Shown here piece after piece: positions 1 to 14,134 of a DNA stretch of 64,000 nt (within the stretch, counting starts at the first letter, position 1; each line of letters opens with the position of its first letter). Under the pieces are notes generated by a model. That model worked only from the letters and a program-made list of their open reading frames with translations, made no database searches and was not told the origin of the DNA. Origin of the DNA: Azolla caroliniana (Eukaryota > Plantae > Polypodiophyta); the NCBI GenBank assembly GCA_043228905.1, contig JBHGNT010000015.1, positions 3,720,001 to 3,784,000 of the forward strand, in the 5' to 3' direction. A program made the translations under genes and the position numbers.

Positions 1-529
1 TGTATATATATGTGTGCAAATCCATTACATCTATTTATTACCTTCTAATCCCTCCCTCCCCCCCCCCCCCCCACCACCATATCATCCCAAAACAAAACCT
101 TATATTATCCTTCCTTCGATCGATCTCTCTCTGTCTCTGAATTTTAATTATTATTTTTTAAACCTAATTCTAATTCTAATTCTAAATACTGTCTCCTCCT
201 CCTCCTGCTTTAGGTTTAGGGTTTCCCAATTGATCCACAACACATCATATGCATCTTCATTTTCTTCTCTCATTATCTAAATTTGGGCATCAAAATCATT
301 TTACATACATAATTGATATAACACACACACACACATACTTCAGGAAATCGTCCCCCAAAATATAAAAGACGCTACTAATTCCAATTATAATTATTCCAGT
401 AAATTCCCTTCTCTTTCTTTCTTTCTTTTCTTTTCTTTTCTTTTTTCCCCTTTTTTTTAATTTTAATTCCTTCCTTTTTTCTCCCCCCCCCCCCGTCCCA
501 ACCCAATTCCATGAATTCAATGGCATTTC

Positions 530-651
530 TGCTTTTTCTCATCTCCATCTTCTTCTCCATCTCCATCTTCTGCATCTTCTTCTTCTGCATCTTGTGCTGT
601 ATCTTCTTCTGCATCTGCATCTGCATCTCCATCTCCATCTCCATCTCCATC
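530..651. repeat. Degenerate hexamer microsatellite (ATCTCC/ATCTGC/ATCTTC)n in the probable 5' leader of ARID4
   Basis: Runs such as gcatctgcatctgcatctccatctccatctccatctccat are directly visible. Confidence 0.85.
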
Positions 652-1690
652 GCTGATCCCCTCTTTGATCTTCAGTCCCCTCCCTCCATTCCTTGCTTCA
701 TCCACGGATCGAGAGCCTTTGCTGTTGTTCCTCCTCCTCCTCGGCTGTCAGATCAAAGAAGCAAAAAACGAGAGCTTTTTGGCTTCTAGATCCGGATTTG
801 CGTCAAGAGCCAGATCCTGCACAACCTTCTTCGAGAAGCTTGCAAGTTTCGGACGCACTCCCATCTTTCCTTCCCAGGTTTGTTTCCTTCGATTCCTTCA
901 GTTCTTTCATAGAAATTGTTCCTTCATGCAGTGTTTTTTTTTCGTCTGGTTTTGCCACTCGATCTTCCTTGTTTAGTTTAGGTTTTCTTATATTTTTGCA
1001 GAATTACTCTTCCTGTACTCGTTTTTATTTTTTCCTGCGGTTATGTAGCCTCATCTTTGAAGTCGATCTTCCCTGTCGAGCTTAGGATTTCTTAGATTCT
1101 TGCAGAATTTGTTTTCCTGTACCATTCATTTTCCACAGCTTGCAGTTCCACCTTCCGTTTCTTACTCGTCTTCCCTCTTTTGATTTCTTCAATTTTCACA
1201 GAATTTCCTTCAAGCTAGAAACATCTCTTGGAAAAGCATCTTCTTTCTGTTTCCTGTCTCAGTTTATTGAACTTGTTTTTCTGCACATGATTTCCCCTCT
1301 TTTCCTGCATTAGTCATCCTTGTGAAGGTTTGTTCTCTTTGCTTCGGGCAGCTCATTTAAAGAAAGGCTATAGAAATGGATTTCTCCTTCAGTTTTATGG
1401 CTCACTTTGCAGTCTGACCGTCATTCTCTCGCATCCCATAGACTTTCTTCAAGAAAGGCGTCTGTGGTTTTCAGTGTGTTGATATTCTCTCTCCAAGTTT
1501 TTTCTCTTTGATTCTTTCACCATCATTTGGTTTCCTTTGTCAGTTTTCTTTCTTTAGATTTTCATATCTTCCTTGTTTGTTTCAACGTTTCAATTCTCCA
1601 GTCCTTGCAGAGAGGTACGCATTGTCTAGTGCTTTGGCCATGGTGAAGAAATCCCTTCAAAAATTATGGTAGAAGACCTGTTTCCACCAC

Positions 1691-4600
1691 ATGATGTCAC
1701 GTCCACTCGCTTCAGTTAAGGCTAGCAAATATAGTCACTTGTTACTAGCGGTCTACTGTGGGAAGAAGAAAAGGTCCGAGAGTGGTACTCAAGTTTCTAT
1801 CTCTACAACACTCAAACTCAGGTTTTCACCATTGTCAATCCATAAACCAGTCAACTTGAATGAAAAAGCAGAGCCACGAGAAGGAGAAATCACTCAGAAC
1901 AGTGGAGAAACTCGCCCACCGAAGGCTTCTATAGATCTTGTCACAGGGGGCCAGCTCGAGGTTTACCATTATAAGCCGAATTCTTTGTCTATCCAAACAG
2001 TGATACCATTTCTTACTGGGGTTTAACATGTTTTCGTGTTGTAGGTCCATGTGCTGGAAAGCCCTAAAAGAGTTGAACTCAAACAGACATTGGAAGCATT
2101 AGAACCAGATATAGTTTATTTTCTAGGTGAACGCATTTCTGGAACTGAAGACATAGGCCCTCTTGAGCTTAAAGATTTTAACATATCCACTGCGGAGGAT
2201 TTAGTGAGTCTTTTTGGAGAACGACTACCGCAGTTGGTAAGTATTTTGCTTCACAAGCATACCTTGTATCAATCCTAAGATGATGGTTGGGTTTGTACAA
2301 TAGACTTGAATAAATGCTTTGCTTGTTGTGCATTTCTGTTGTTTTCATTATTCATCTATACAGCTCTTGAATCCATGAGGGAAACAAGCATCACATTCTA
2401 GTTATGTCTCACTTGATGTTGCTAACTTTAAAGTTTATTAACGCAATTCACCCACTCAAATGCGATCTTCTATGTGCTGTAGGTGTGTCTAGAGGTCAAC
2501 GGGGCAGGAAAATTTGGCGATGCTTTGCACAACAAGGTATCCCACTAGATTCATGTTATGACTTTGATTAAGTTGACAAGGTTCACTATGGACTCATTGA
2601 ATTGTTCTACAAACTTGCACTAGGGTGTACCCTATGTTATTTTTTGGAAGGGAGCACTTACAGCATTGTGGGCAACTCATTTTCGTCAGGCCCTTGTTTC
2701 AGTCTTAAAAAGGTATGTGTCTGATTTCCATTATTTATCACATGAATGTTTTTTAATGTTTTCTCTCGTGGCTGGAAATTATAAGCAATCTCTAACCTAG
2801 AAAAAACTAATAGCCCTTTCAGTCAGATATGGAGTGCTTGCCAGCTTGCAATTGCATCTTTCCGATTCTATTATGGCACTTGGAAGCTTCAAGGCTCTGC
2901 AGATGGTCCATCAAAAACTGTCGCTCCTGTTCTTCTAGGTGATGCACCAGAAATTCTCTTAGAAACTCCCAGGATCAAGGATTCCTTTGAAGCAGATGGC
3001 TCTCCAAGTATGCTCCTAAAAATCCAAGTATATGACGAGGAGATAGATTTGCCTCTACTTATTACAGCTGACACACATGGACAGGTATGTTAGATGATTT
3101 AGAAACCTTTAAAAATCTCTTATTGAGTGTGCCAGGGATACATAGCATTATTTTATGTTTCTACTTTCCTTGTGTGCTCATGTCTTGCAAGGTAATGTAA
3201 GGAACACGTATCTTTGGAAATTTGATGCTGCTTTTGGATTCTGTCGTTCTGATTAAATATCTGTCAATTTCAGGACAATTCTATTTTTGGTCCATTGGAG
3301 GATGGTTTGAATGCTCTTCTCTTCATGGAAGTAAGTAATAACCTGAAGAATTTATTTGAATTGTGAGAGAAATGCATTTTGAAGACTGGCAGAGTAAGTT
3401 TTAATTTGTGGATGATGTTTGTGTTCTATTATGGATATCTCAGGTCATAGGCATGCGGCTTCTTCATCGCGTGAGGTAACTCCATTTGTGATGCTCTATG
3501 CATATTTTCATAAATGTGATGGATACAGCCGAATGCTATATTCGTGCATGGCTACTTTTTGCTATAGTTCAGCTTCAGGCCATGACTAGGGCATGCATTG
3601 CTATATTACAAACCTTGACATCATCCTCTTAATAACATGCATCGTTTTGAGCCAATCAGCCGACCATGCTCAGATGAGCTCATATTTCACCATCAAGAAT
3701 TGACTAGTAAAAGGGTGGATATCATTCATTGTAATTTGGTTTAGTCAAGCATATACAAACCTTGACATCATCCTCTTAATAACATGCATCGTTTTGAGCC
3801 AATCAGCTGATCATGCTCAGATGAGCTCAAATTTCACCATCAAGAATTGACTAGTAAAAGGGTGAATATCATTCATTGTAATTTGGTTTAATCAAGCATA
3901 TACATTAATTATTCCTCTAATTGGGTTTCTTTTTATTCTAGTGTATATATTAGGTCCAGGTGTGTGTGACAGACAGTATTGTGATTATAACACTAGATGC
4001 CTCACTCGTATGTCTTCATTTTTTTATTGCTCTATGCCATTTAGTAAGCCGTAGTGAAGAATGTGAACTACAAAAAGTTATGAATATGCATATAGTCACA
4101 AAGTATCCGTTCGGTGGAGACTGTATTTTGGGAGCCTCCTGAGTTATGTTTCCTATAATTTGCACTGCTTAAGAGACTCTGGAAGAAATATGGTGCAGCC
4201 TTGTTTTTTTATTCGATGAAAAAAGTGACTAACTGCTTGGTTTTTCCCTTCTCCCTGGATGTTAGTGCAACTTCAGCACCGTCAAATATGCCACCCCCAG
4301 CTCGAGGGGTCGTAACTATGCGCTGTGATCTTTGCACTTCTTCATCTGCTCGAATTTCTCTTCTGGTGGCTGGAAATGCTCAGACTTGCTTGGATGATCA
4401 GGTTAGCAATAGAATTGTTTTCAGGAGTACCAAAATCTTCTTTTTTGCAAAGGTGCAAACTGATAGCTGCTCAGCAGTATATACATTATGCTTTGCTAAA
4501 AGAAATTTTTATGAAGGGATTATTAATTCTGCACTTTCTTAATAGTTGCTAGAGTATTCTATAAAGAAGGAACTGCTGGGGAACACCAAATTCGTATCTT

Positions 4601-7600
4601 CGTCAATGACGAATGGAAAAAGTTCAGTTGCAGATGTGAGAAAATCTGCATCTGTTGCCTGTGGTGCAAGTGTAATGGAGGCTAGGTTTAGGAGCACAAC
4701 TTGGGCAGTGCAGGTTAGGATGGATGCTTTGAAGTTTCCTCATGCAATACTTCCAATCCCTACATTTTGTTTATCTGTCTTATTATGATTGTTTGTGACA
4801 GGTACTGCGGCAGCTTGCTCCTGAGATCTCTTTTCGAAGCCTGGTTGCATTGGGAATCGCTGGTGTCCAGGGTTTCCCTGTGGCATCTTTCCAGAAAGAG
4901 GATGCTGACAGGTTTCTTGCTTTGAGGCCATCCTCATCCCGAGGAACTGAGCTTGAAAGAAACAAAAATGCTACTTATGTGTCACATATACCATCTTGGT
5001 TGTCACCTGTGGTTCCAAGCAGGAAAAGGCAAAGGATAGATAGTTATGGGAGTTTCTGCCACAAATCCACTTGTGATGAAGATTCTGTATCTTCTGATGT
5101 TGGGAAAGATGTTTCAATTTCTGAAACACCTGAGAGACCTCGGGCGCCTAAGTACAACTATATTGCTGCAATGAAGCCAGTGCCTCATGTACATCAGAAC
5201 CGAGATATGCCATATGCTGGAGCCGTCTTAGCTGGGGCCCACAACACGTGGAGCATGAAAATCAGCTTACCTAATGGTACAAGTGGAAGGATTCCTCGGC
5301 TAAATGCAAGTACAGGAGCCCACAATTCAACAAATTCAGGGATGCCCATCAGCAATAGAGGTCAAAGTATTAGAGTCCCCTCTCCTGCTCAGATGCTTTC
5401 TTTAAACCCTGTCCCTATGAAAAAGCATGCCTGCAATCGCCGACCTATGCACGAATGCTCCGAAGTGAGTTTCATATTCCAGTGGTGTATGCCAAGTGCT
5501 TTGTATTGCAATATCACAAATTTTCAGTTCATTTTCCTAGCTGTATGTTTCACATTTGTTTCTGGTATGAAACAGGAGGAATTCAAAAAAGACATTATGC
5601 AGTTTCTCATTTCACGTGGACATGGTCGCCTTGTTCCATCTACAGATGTGGAAACATTTCCAGATGCTGTGTTGAATGGGAAAAGGCTTGATGTATACAA
5701 TTTATACAAAGAGGTGTATGTTTGTAATTTTTGTAAGGTTTGCTGTATGAAGTTCAGTTTCTGTTATTATGTACAAAGCTGCTGATGGGTTCTCATCATC
5801 AGGTGGTCTCAAGAGGAGGTTTTCATGTTGGAAATGGCATAAATTGGAAGGGCCAAGTTTTCTCAAAAATGCGAAACCATACCATACTGAATAAAATGAC
5901 GGTAATATTGATGGCCACTTCTGAAACATTTGTTATAGATTGGTTTACACAGATAGCTAGATAAATTGATCTCCCCACCCCTTTCAAAATTTGTTTCTCC
6001 TTCTGGTATTTGTTTTTTATAAATTGTCATTGGGCTTGGATGATCTCAAAATTGCTCTCCACAAGAAAAAAAAAAACACTGGTTATTTTTGGCTACCTGA
6101 GGACTTTTTATATGATTATTTTTGGCCCTATGGGTAATATGTTACCTCCGAGGACGATAGCAAATTCTATATATCAATCAATCTATCCATCTATATGTGC
6201 ATATATGTGTGTATACTCAGTTATTGGCACATTGATAGATTAAGACTTCAATTTTGTTTTATGAAAGTTCTATGACTTTATCTTATTCATGCTAAATAGA
6301 GATGCATTTTCCTTTATGTAACCTCTGAAGGGTGTTGGGAATACATTGAAGAAACACTATGAAACATACCTATTGGAGTATGAATTGGCACATGATGATG
6401 TGGATGGCGAATGTTGTATCCTGTGCCACAGGTAATACATAATTTGCATGAGAAAATGCTATATTTTCTATGTTGCGAATGATTTCTAACATATAATACA
6501 TTTCCAGTAGCACAGCTGGTGATTGGGTAAATTGTGGCATTTGTGGAGAGTGGGCACATTATGGCTGCGATAAACGAAATGGATTGGGTGCGTTTAAGGT
6601 AATATTGGCCCCTCTATTGTGAAGTAGCTCCATATCTTTGCCAATAAATTATTTCGGGTACATATAAGCTTGATTACATGTAAGGAATATTATGCATGAT
6701 AACAAGGAATTTTTTTTAAGTGGTTGATATGTACTCCCTCATGTTCTGATGCCTGCCTTATCCATAATGAATTGAAATCTATTATAATATGGCATCAGAT
6801 TGATTGATATCAACCGTTGTATTATGAAGTAGCTCACTAATTTTCTCTGGTATCATATAAGCTCTGTTATATATAAGGAATATTAGGCATGGCCATAGGG
6901 AAACGTTTTCAAGCATTTGATTTATACTCCGTCACAGTCATAGTATTCTGATGAATCATAATCTATAATGGATGAAATTTATTATCATATGGCAGCATTG
7001 ATGTTAGAACAAGTTTCACATGGTTATATGAGCATGCGTGCTACATAGATGGGGTCATGAACTGCTTGAAGATTATAGAAAGCATTTATTCATAATCATA
7101 CAGAGACCAGAAGCAGACTTGTTGGTATCTATAGCTGGACTCAAAATTTCATCTCATTTGTACTCATTTTCATTCCTGTCGGATGTCATGACTCCTGTTA
7201 TTTGTTCCCTCCACCCTCCCTTACCATTCAAGACATAAGCGCATACCACATGTATATATATACATTTTTAGGAATATTTTATTCCTGCAGATGATGATTA
7301 TAGACTATAGTAGGACATCTGCATAACACATTTTAGCTATACAGAGATGTGTTAAGATATCTTCATCTAGATAATGAGGTTATAGCAAAGTCATTCCAAG
7401 CGTGATACTTTGCAGGCAAAACAGTCTTGAGCACTCATTTTTGTGTGAGGTGCGACACCCCTATGAGTAGTACTATGAGGGACACACAATGTCCTGTGCA
7501 TCATCTTGTTATTACTTTTGTTTGTATCCTACATCCATCCCTACATGGTTGCAACTCATTCTACATCTTCATAGAGGATTGTAAAAGATCCTCTCCTTCA

Positions 7601-7943
7601 TTTGTACAACTATTCCTTGGATCTCTCAGTCATAATACTGTCCAATGTCTTGAGGTTTTAAATGAAAGTTATTCTTGCATATATTCTTGATAATTTTGTT
7701 TTCAACCAAAAATTAGAATATGAAAAGCTGGGAGTAATGATAAATTCACTTGCAGATAATAATTAATTTTGTGTTTAGTCTAAAATGTGTCTCTTTCTGC
7801 TTCAACTGTAGGAGTATGCTAAAACGGATGGTCTCGAATATATATGCCCAAAGTGCAGTGTTTCAAATGGCCGAAATGCCTCTGGGAGGAAGAAATCAAA
7901 ACTGCCAGCTAATGGATATTCTCGCCAACAGAATCCAACATGA
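1691..7943 (+). CDS. ARID4: AT-rich interactive domain-containing protein 4-like (ARID domain plus C-terminal PHD finger), about 15 coding exons
   Basis: Hand-spliced GT-AG exons, approximately 1691-1960, 2045-2236, 2483-2536, 2624-2712, 2814-3084, 3274-3330, 3444-3475, 4266-4401, 4547-4713, 4802-5464, 5576-5713, 5803-5901, 6331-6431, 6510-6598, 7812-7943. Motifs typical of plant ARID4: LEDGLNALL, RGVVTMRCDL, VLRQLAPEISFRSLVALGIA, FPDAVLNGKRLDVYNLYKEVVSRGGFHVGNGINWKGQVFSKM, GVGNTLKKHYETYLLEYELAHDDVDGECCILCH, DWVNCGICGEWAHYGCD, EYAKTDGLEYICPKC. Confidence 0.93.
3607..3903. repeat. Near-perfect 147-bp tandem duplication in an ARID4 intron
   Basis: tacaaaccttgacatcatcctcttaataacatgcatcg...caagcatatac occurs at about 3607 and about 3754 with only a few substitutions. 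Confidence 0.95.
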
Positions 7944-8849
7944 AATTCAGTGAAGCGTGATGGCAAACTCACCTCACTCTGAAGAACAGACAAAACTTTC
8001 TCAGGTCAAAGCAATCGTTCTTACCACATCTTTACTCACTGATGCAAAGTACAGGAGAAAGGACACTGATGGGGGTCCTGACTAGTTAGATCAACACGAT
8101 GTCAGTCATTCTTGGAGATTGTCTACTGTTTCCACAAAATTTCGCTGTTCTTTGAGGTGATCACAAACTCCCTTTTTTGTACATTGATCCTACCTTCGCT
8201 TATTGAAGTCATTGATGTAAGTAGTGCTGATTAGAAGTGTGGGTACCTCATTAACCAATTCTGTTTCAGAGGGAAGCAGCATGAACCAAGGAGAGTCTCT
8301 GCTTCCCTATTATGTATTGTTATATGGCTACACAACAAAGATATAACAGAAATCAGGAATGAATTTCTCCTTGATAATTCAATTGTTCTTTTTTCTATTG
8401 CTGGAGGATTAATAAATAGAGCAAACATATATGAGTATGGAGAAAAGGAGGATTCAAAAAGAATTGCCGAACCAATGGATAACCTTTCCTAATGAGTAGC
8501 ATCAAGTCAAGTCTTTATAAGCCTGTAAGATCAACATTACTCATCCAATGTGCATGATACAAATTCAAAGTGCTGCACAATGTTCACATGACAATGTTGT
8601 TGCATCAAATGCTGAACGATTTGTGTAAGTGATAGTAACACTATCTTTTCCTTCATTGGGACATTTGTGGGATGTTTTGAGGATGTATAATGAATGGGGT
8701 CACTTCTGAGCTCATGGGCTTTCTGAAGTGCTATTATTAAATTAAAGTATAAATGATTGATTGTAGAAGAACCTGTTGATGTTTTGCCGCTGTTATTATG
8801 GAATTAAAGTAAAAACTATTTAAAGTTGAATGAAACATGATATCCAAGA

Positions 8850-9392
8850 TGGGTTAAAGTTTTGGAATTTCGTAGATATCGGATTGTGCATAAATGCAGA
8901 CACAATATTATTAAGATCTGTATCTGATGAAAAATCGAAGTATTATTGAAGCTTGGTGTGACCCATCCTATATTATTATAACTTCAAATTGAACATGGGT
9001 TGAGTTCGAAGTGCTTGTAAATGCAATTGATTTGATCATATGCAATTTGAATTTTCTACCATTATTCAACTGCGCAGAAGCAACTAATGAAAGCAAGTTA
9101 AATGATGTCTAGAAAAGGCAATTCATCAAGTCTCAATGTGAAAGCCAAGACCAAACAATTCAATAATGAGAAGCAATAACTGAAAGAATGTACATCTCAT
9201 GCAAAACTTCATATTCCTTGTTTGAACCATGCAAACAGATCGTAGCAAAAGAAGTAGATCTGCAACATAATTGCACTAGTCATTATTAGACAATAGCTAA
9301 TTTCATGAAAGCTCTCAACACAAACCAGATTTGACAAATTTTAATTGCTTTTGGCCTAAGGTCACTTTATTCACTAAGCTTGAGAGGGGGTA
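8850..9392 (+). mobile_element. Highly decayed Ty1/Copia RT-RNaseH 3' relic with polypurine tract
   Basis: Frameshifted remnants in the expected order: FVD-SDCA..RSVS (about 8870, compare DSDWAGD..RRSTSG), STA-EA (about 9065), KAKTKQFNI (about 9141, compare HARTKHIDI), IANFMKAL (about 9292, compare QLADIFTKAL), then aagcttgagagggggt, a PPT-like tract at about 9376-9391. Confidence 0.6.
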
Positions 9393-12300
9393 TAGGATTA
9401 AGAGTTAGAAAACCAAGATTGTTTTCTAATTAATGGTAAGAAATAGTTAGAACTTAGGGGCATGTTGAGATACCAAATTCACACTTTGTGGGTGAACGCA
9501 CTTCATTGGCGAACGTGTTCTAATATTCAGACTTATGACAAGTATAAGAGGAGATATTTTTTTATTGAATGTATGTGATGGATACTTTATGATAATCCGC
9601 TGACTCTCTTATCATGACAAAAAGTTTTGGATTGTATTTGAAGTACATATAGTATGTTCTATATCAACCAAGGCCCCCTTGTGTATTTGTTGTTGATGTA
9701 TAGTTGATCTAGTGTTTCTTTATGATGATTGTTTTGACTCTGCTTAGTATAGTTAATTGTCTTTGGTACCTTTTTGTATTATCAATCTTGTTACCTACAC
9801 ACATGTATCCTCTTAATTAGCTTGGTTGTGTTACCTAATGATTCTCAATAGAATTACTTCTCTAATTCCTTATAGATGATATATACATGTTCCTTGTTCT
9901 CGTAGCATAGATAGAATAACAATGACCTTACAACGAAGGTAATACAAGGTCATTGTTCCCATAACATCAATTGAAGAAAAATGACCTTACAACTAAGGTA
10001 TACATGTTCCTTGTTCCCATACAAAGAGTAGAAGAACATAATGGTCCATTCAGGAAACATGCATGAAGCAAAATGCCTAGAGGAGTAAATGTTTGTGAAT
10101 CGTGATATTTTGGGCAACATAACAGTTAAGGAAATGGTATTGCCCAGATGGATTTTAACCTTATGGAAAGGACATACATCATCCTTTATAGCAAAAGACA
10201 TTATTATTGTTTATAATTGGTTGTTGATTTACTGAACACTAAGAAGATAATCTTGTAAGTAAGTCAAAATAACTTCTTTTGGGAAGAATTAGTTGCCATG
10301 TGGAATTTTTTCCGTGACTCATTTTAAAGTAGGGCCAAGGCCCAACACTTCTCAATTGGATGAAATTTGGGGTATCAATTCAATAGAAAACATATAATAT
10401 TTTGGGGTACTTTTAAGGCACAAACCGACATCAAAATTCTTATGATTCCTCGAAAACATTTTTGATATTTTGGTGACCTTTTAAGCACATCGTTATCCAT
10501 GTGGTGTTATATATATATTACAATTCTAGTGTGGCTCCTTTTTTTACCTTATATTGAGGTTTTCCACAGGTAACATTAGTTGTCACTTAGATTAAAACAT
10601 GAGAAAGCGCAACTTCTCTAAGATCATGCACGATGTGTACAATAAAGGAAGTATTATTACATATGTCAGGGTTTTGTCTTACGCATATAAATTCTTGAGT
10701 AGACCCAAATAACTCATGCTTAATGAATCCAAATCGTTTGTACTCACAAATGCTCCAATTGTGCTTTTTCTGTAAAATCGCATTTCTTCAACCACATCAA
10801 GGTTGGAAAACCTAATTTCGACATCCACATGATTAGGCTATGACCTATGGTTAACAAAACTAGACGCCAAAAGCAATCGATGTTGTTATGAACTTGGTCA
10901 TATAAAATTCGCGCATAGTACAAAAAAAAAGAAAATGGGGCAACAAAAGCAGTATAGGTCATATCAAAGTTGATCACATAAATGTCATGCCAAAACATTT
11001 AGGACTAAACTTATCTTTCTCCATAATGAAACCATGAATGTGAATTTGTAATTATGGTAGATACATTTAGTTTCATCATAGTCTTGGATGTTTAACTAAG
11101 TGTTGATACTTCAATTAAACAACTCAAATTTATGTAATGTGTGGTTATGTTCTATCAATGGAAGTTTGTTATCGATTCATGGCCCCTTTAGTTCTTGCAT
11201 TTATGAACTTTTGTTTGTTTGACAACATACAACCATCATAATGCACAAACAATAAGATAAAAGACAATTCATCAATCATTATCCTAACAAGGTTAGGATT
11301 CGAGTAGGCGACATCCAGAATGTGAAACCATCATAGAGCATTATATGTTATATGTAAGCTTATCATGAGTCCTTTTTTCGTTGGTTGACGTGAATCACTA
11401 TCACTACTTATATAAAGGAATCAATTATGTGAAGCAAACTCAATCCTCGAGAAAAACCTTCTTTCTAATGCAAAATCTTTTATATGAGAGCAAACAAACA
11501 GAAAATGGCACATTGTCAGAAGGAAATGGGTCGTTCAAAAAATGCCTTTTATTTCATCTTTGTATCCTTGCGTTTGTGACAAATACTTATACGGGCTAAC
11601 TTTTGAAGGCATACGATTGTGAAATGACTTGAATTGAAAACTTTGAAGCTATATCTCTAATAATAAAGAGAGCTCACATCAAATAATTTGGCCACTTGTT
11701 TAGGGACAAAGTGTTGGTCAGGTAGTTTGCTTTGGTGTTTTTGTGTGATGAGTAAGTGTTGGGTTTTTGCTATTGGAAATAGTGAGGATTTTGAACTGAC
11801 TCACTCCCACATAAATGTATTCAAGTTCTTGTTTTCGCAAACAAATTGCTCCATCTCACTTTCAAACATGCAAGCATAATCATTACGTCCAAGAGGAATC
11901 CCTTTTTATGGCAAGTGGCATAGAAACAAATTCATTCAACTAAACAATTTTGTTAAGTCATAGTGCCTAGTGCCCAAAGCACAAAGTGTGCATGGTGGTT
12001 GGAGAAACAAGTGGAGTTGGATACTATGGAATATACGGATTGCATGAAAATGACGCATATGCATAATGTATATTGCAAAACGACATAAATAAGTAGGCAT
12101 AACGTGCCAATATAAATGGAAGTTGGTACATCATACTAATAGAAAGCATGTGGTTAGGTGCGGGATCTACCTTTTGTAGACAAATGCACAAAAACTAAAT
12201 GTTATGTATCAAGGGGGAGTTATCTCACATTGCCTTTTGGATTTTACAAGGCATAAAACGCCATACTCGTATGTGCTTCCCCTCACATTGTTGACATCAA

Positions 12301-13852
12301 TCATAAATGTTTATTGTGCATTTACTGGAATATATGAAATGAGCTTGCAGTGCAATCTTACACATAAAACAAAATGAATACAGTTATATAACACAATAGC
12401 TATTTCTAATACATGTCGCAAGTTGCGCTTTAAGTACATAAACATTTAATGGTATACATAATATAATGAGATAGGCCCACACCTCCCTCTCGTGTATGAG
12501 GTAATCTCAATTATACACTTGGTGGTTTTTATAATATCGAAACTACCCTCGGTCAAACCACTGAAAGACTAAGGGATGCTCTCGACTTTAATAAAACGGA
12601 ACTAGCAGTTGCACCATTCACCTTTATTCTTCTCTTTCTACCGAGTTCTGTAATTAATAAGATGGCCCACCATCTTTGTCTTTTTTGGAAAGGGGCAGTT
12701 TTGACATTATGAAAATTACTAGAAGTATAGTCAAAATTACCCCCATATATGTGGGAAGGGTATTCACGATATTTTCGTCGTTTTAAATGACAGAGTGAAC
12801 ATATATATCAAAGATATCAAGTATCTTACTTTGGGCATCTTTCAATTGTAGCCTTTCCCATAAAGCAATGCATATAATTGGTGTCATTTAATTCCTCATC
12901 TAAAGTGAGAACAACACATGCGAGGAGGAAAATGAGCAATGTGTACAAGGAATAGCAATTTTGAGCATTATATTACACCCGTAACATGATAGGGAGACTC
13001 CAATAGATCGTAATTGATATTATGTCTATGCTTGATTAGAAATGTAACTTGATTGTGTCAAGAAAATGCCATGCTAGATATTTGACCACACCCTCAAGCT
13101 TCTTTCATTTAATAAGGACTTCTAGAAAGGGACCCGACAAATGCACGAAATAATGAGCAACCTAGACATAAACTCTGAAATTTGAAGTAAAGGCCCATAA
13201 TAATGCACATTGAAGATGGCCACTCTTATGTAAAGATTATAGCATATTATAACAAGTTGTTGGCACTTTTTTTAATGGGGTTCTTGTCTCTATGAGGTTG
13301 GTTTCCTTATTGTCATTTTAGTCTCATGAGCTTATTTGGGTGGTACAATTCCCACATTTTCCTCATAGAGTTGAGCAATCTATGAGCTTGTCTTGTATAG
13401 TGTTCACCATCATGAGCTTTCCTCGTTCCCCGAAATGTTTCATCATCACGAGATTGCTCAAAACCTCTTTTAGTGTTCACCATCATGAGCTTGTCGAAGG
13501 CAACACACGTCTTTGTTACGAAAATGTCGAACACTATAGAGTGTTTTGTCGGCAAAGGTTGTGTTCATAGTAGCTAGAGATGCTAGTGGTTAGCATGGGG
13601 ATGGAACATCATGAGCTTTTTGGTTTATGAAAGTGAGTGCTTCCTTTTGCGTATTCATCTTTTTTCCACGTTTTATACCATCGCGAGCGTATTATTTGCG
13701 AGAGCCATGTGACATTTTAGAAGGAACATCACAAGCCTGTGCTCGTGGTATCGATCTATCAGCTTCACGTGCGGCCCGTGAAAAGAGCAAGAGGCATCAT
13801 CGTGCGGGCCGCACGCTATGGCAATGTGAAGCTATGGAAAGAGCCCTAAACC

Positions 13853-13871
13853 CCTAAACCCTAAACCCTAG
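13853..13871. repeat. Short interstitial plant telomere-like repeat (CCCTAAA)n / telobox cluster
   Basis: gccctaaacccctaaaccctaaaccctagg at about 13843-13872. Confidence 0.75.
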
Positions 13872-14134
13872 GTGTAGTTATAGTAGGGAGACAGGCATTT
13901 TGAGAAACCGATGAGAGCCAATCGGTGCCAATCGGCACTACAATGGGAGGTCTACATATATGGCCAACATGTTCTTTTTGTTTTTTTGTCTATGGTCGGG
14001 TGGGCATATATGCTTGGATGGGCGGATGGAGTCTAGGAACGACGCCCACGAGGGGTCGCACGCGAACTCTTGTGGACATGCACACAAAACGTAGAAGGAT
14101 TATGCATGTGGATAAGAAAGGGATCGATACATAC

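Noticed and set aside
14-705. ORFs 14-280, 296-526, 375-650 and 517-705 as genes
   Set aside because: They are translations of homopolymer and microsatellite tracts (poly-C, poly-T, hexamer repeat) without domain content.
12190-13620. Additional Copia PPT-like tracts (aagggggag about 12211; caccctcaagctt about 13089 on the minus strand)
   Set aside because: Probably LTR-retrotransposon debris, but adjacent protein motifs and boundaries could not be established.
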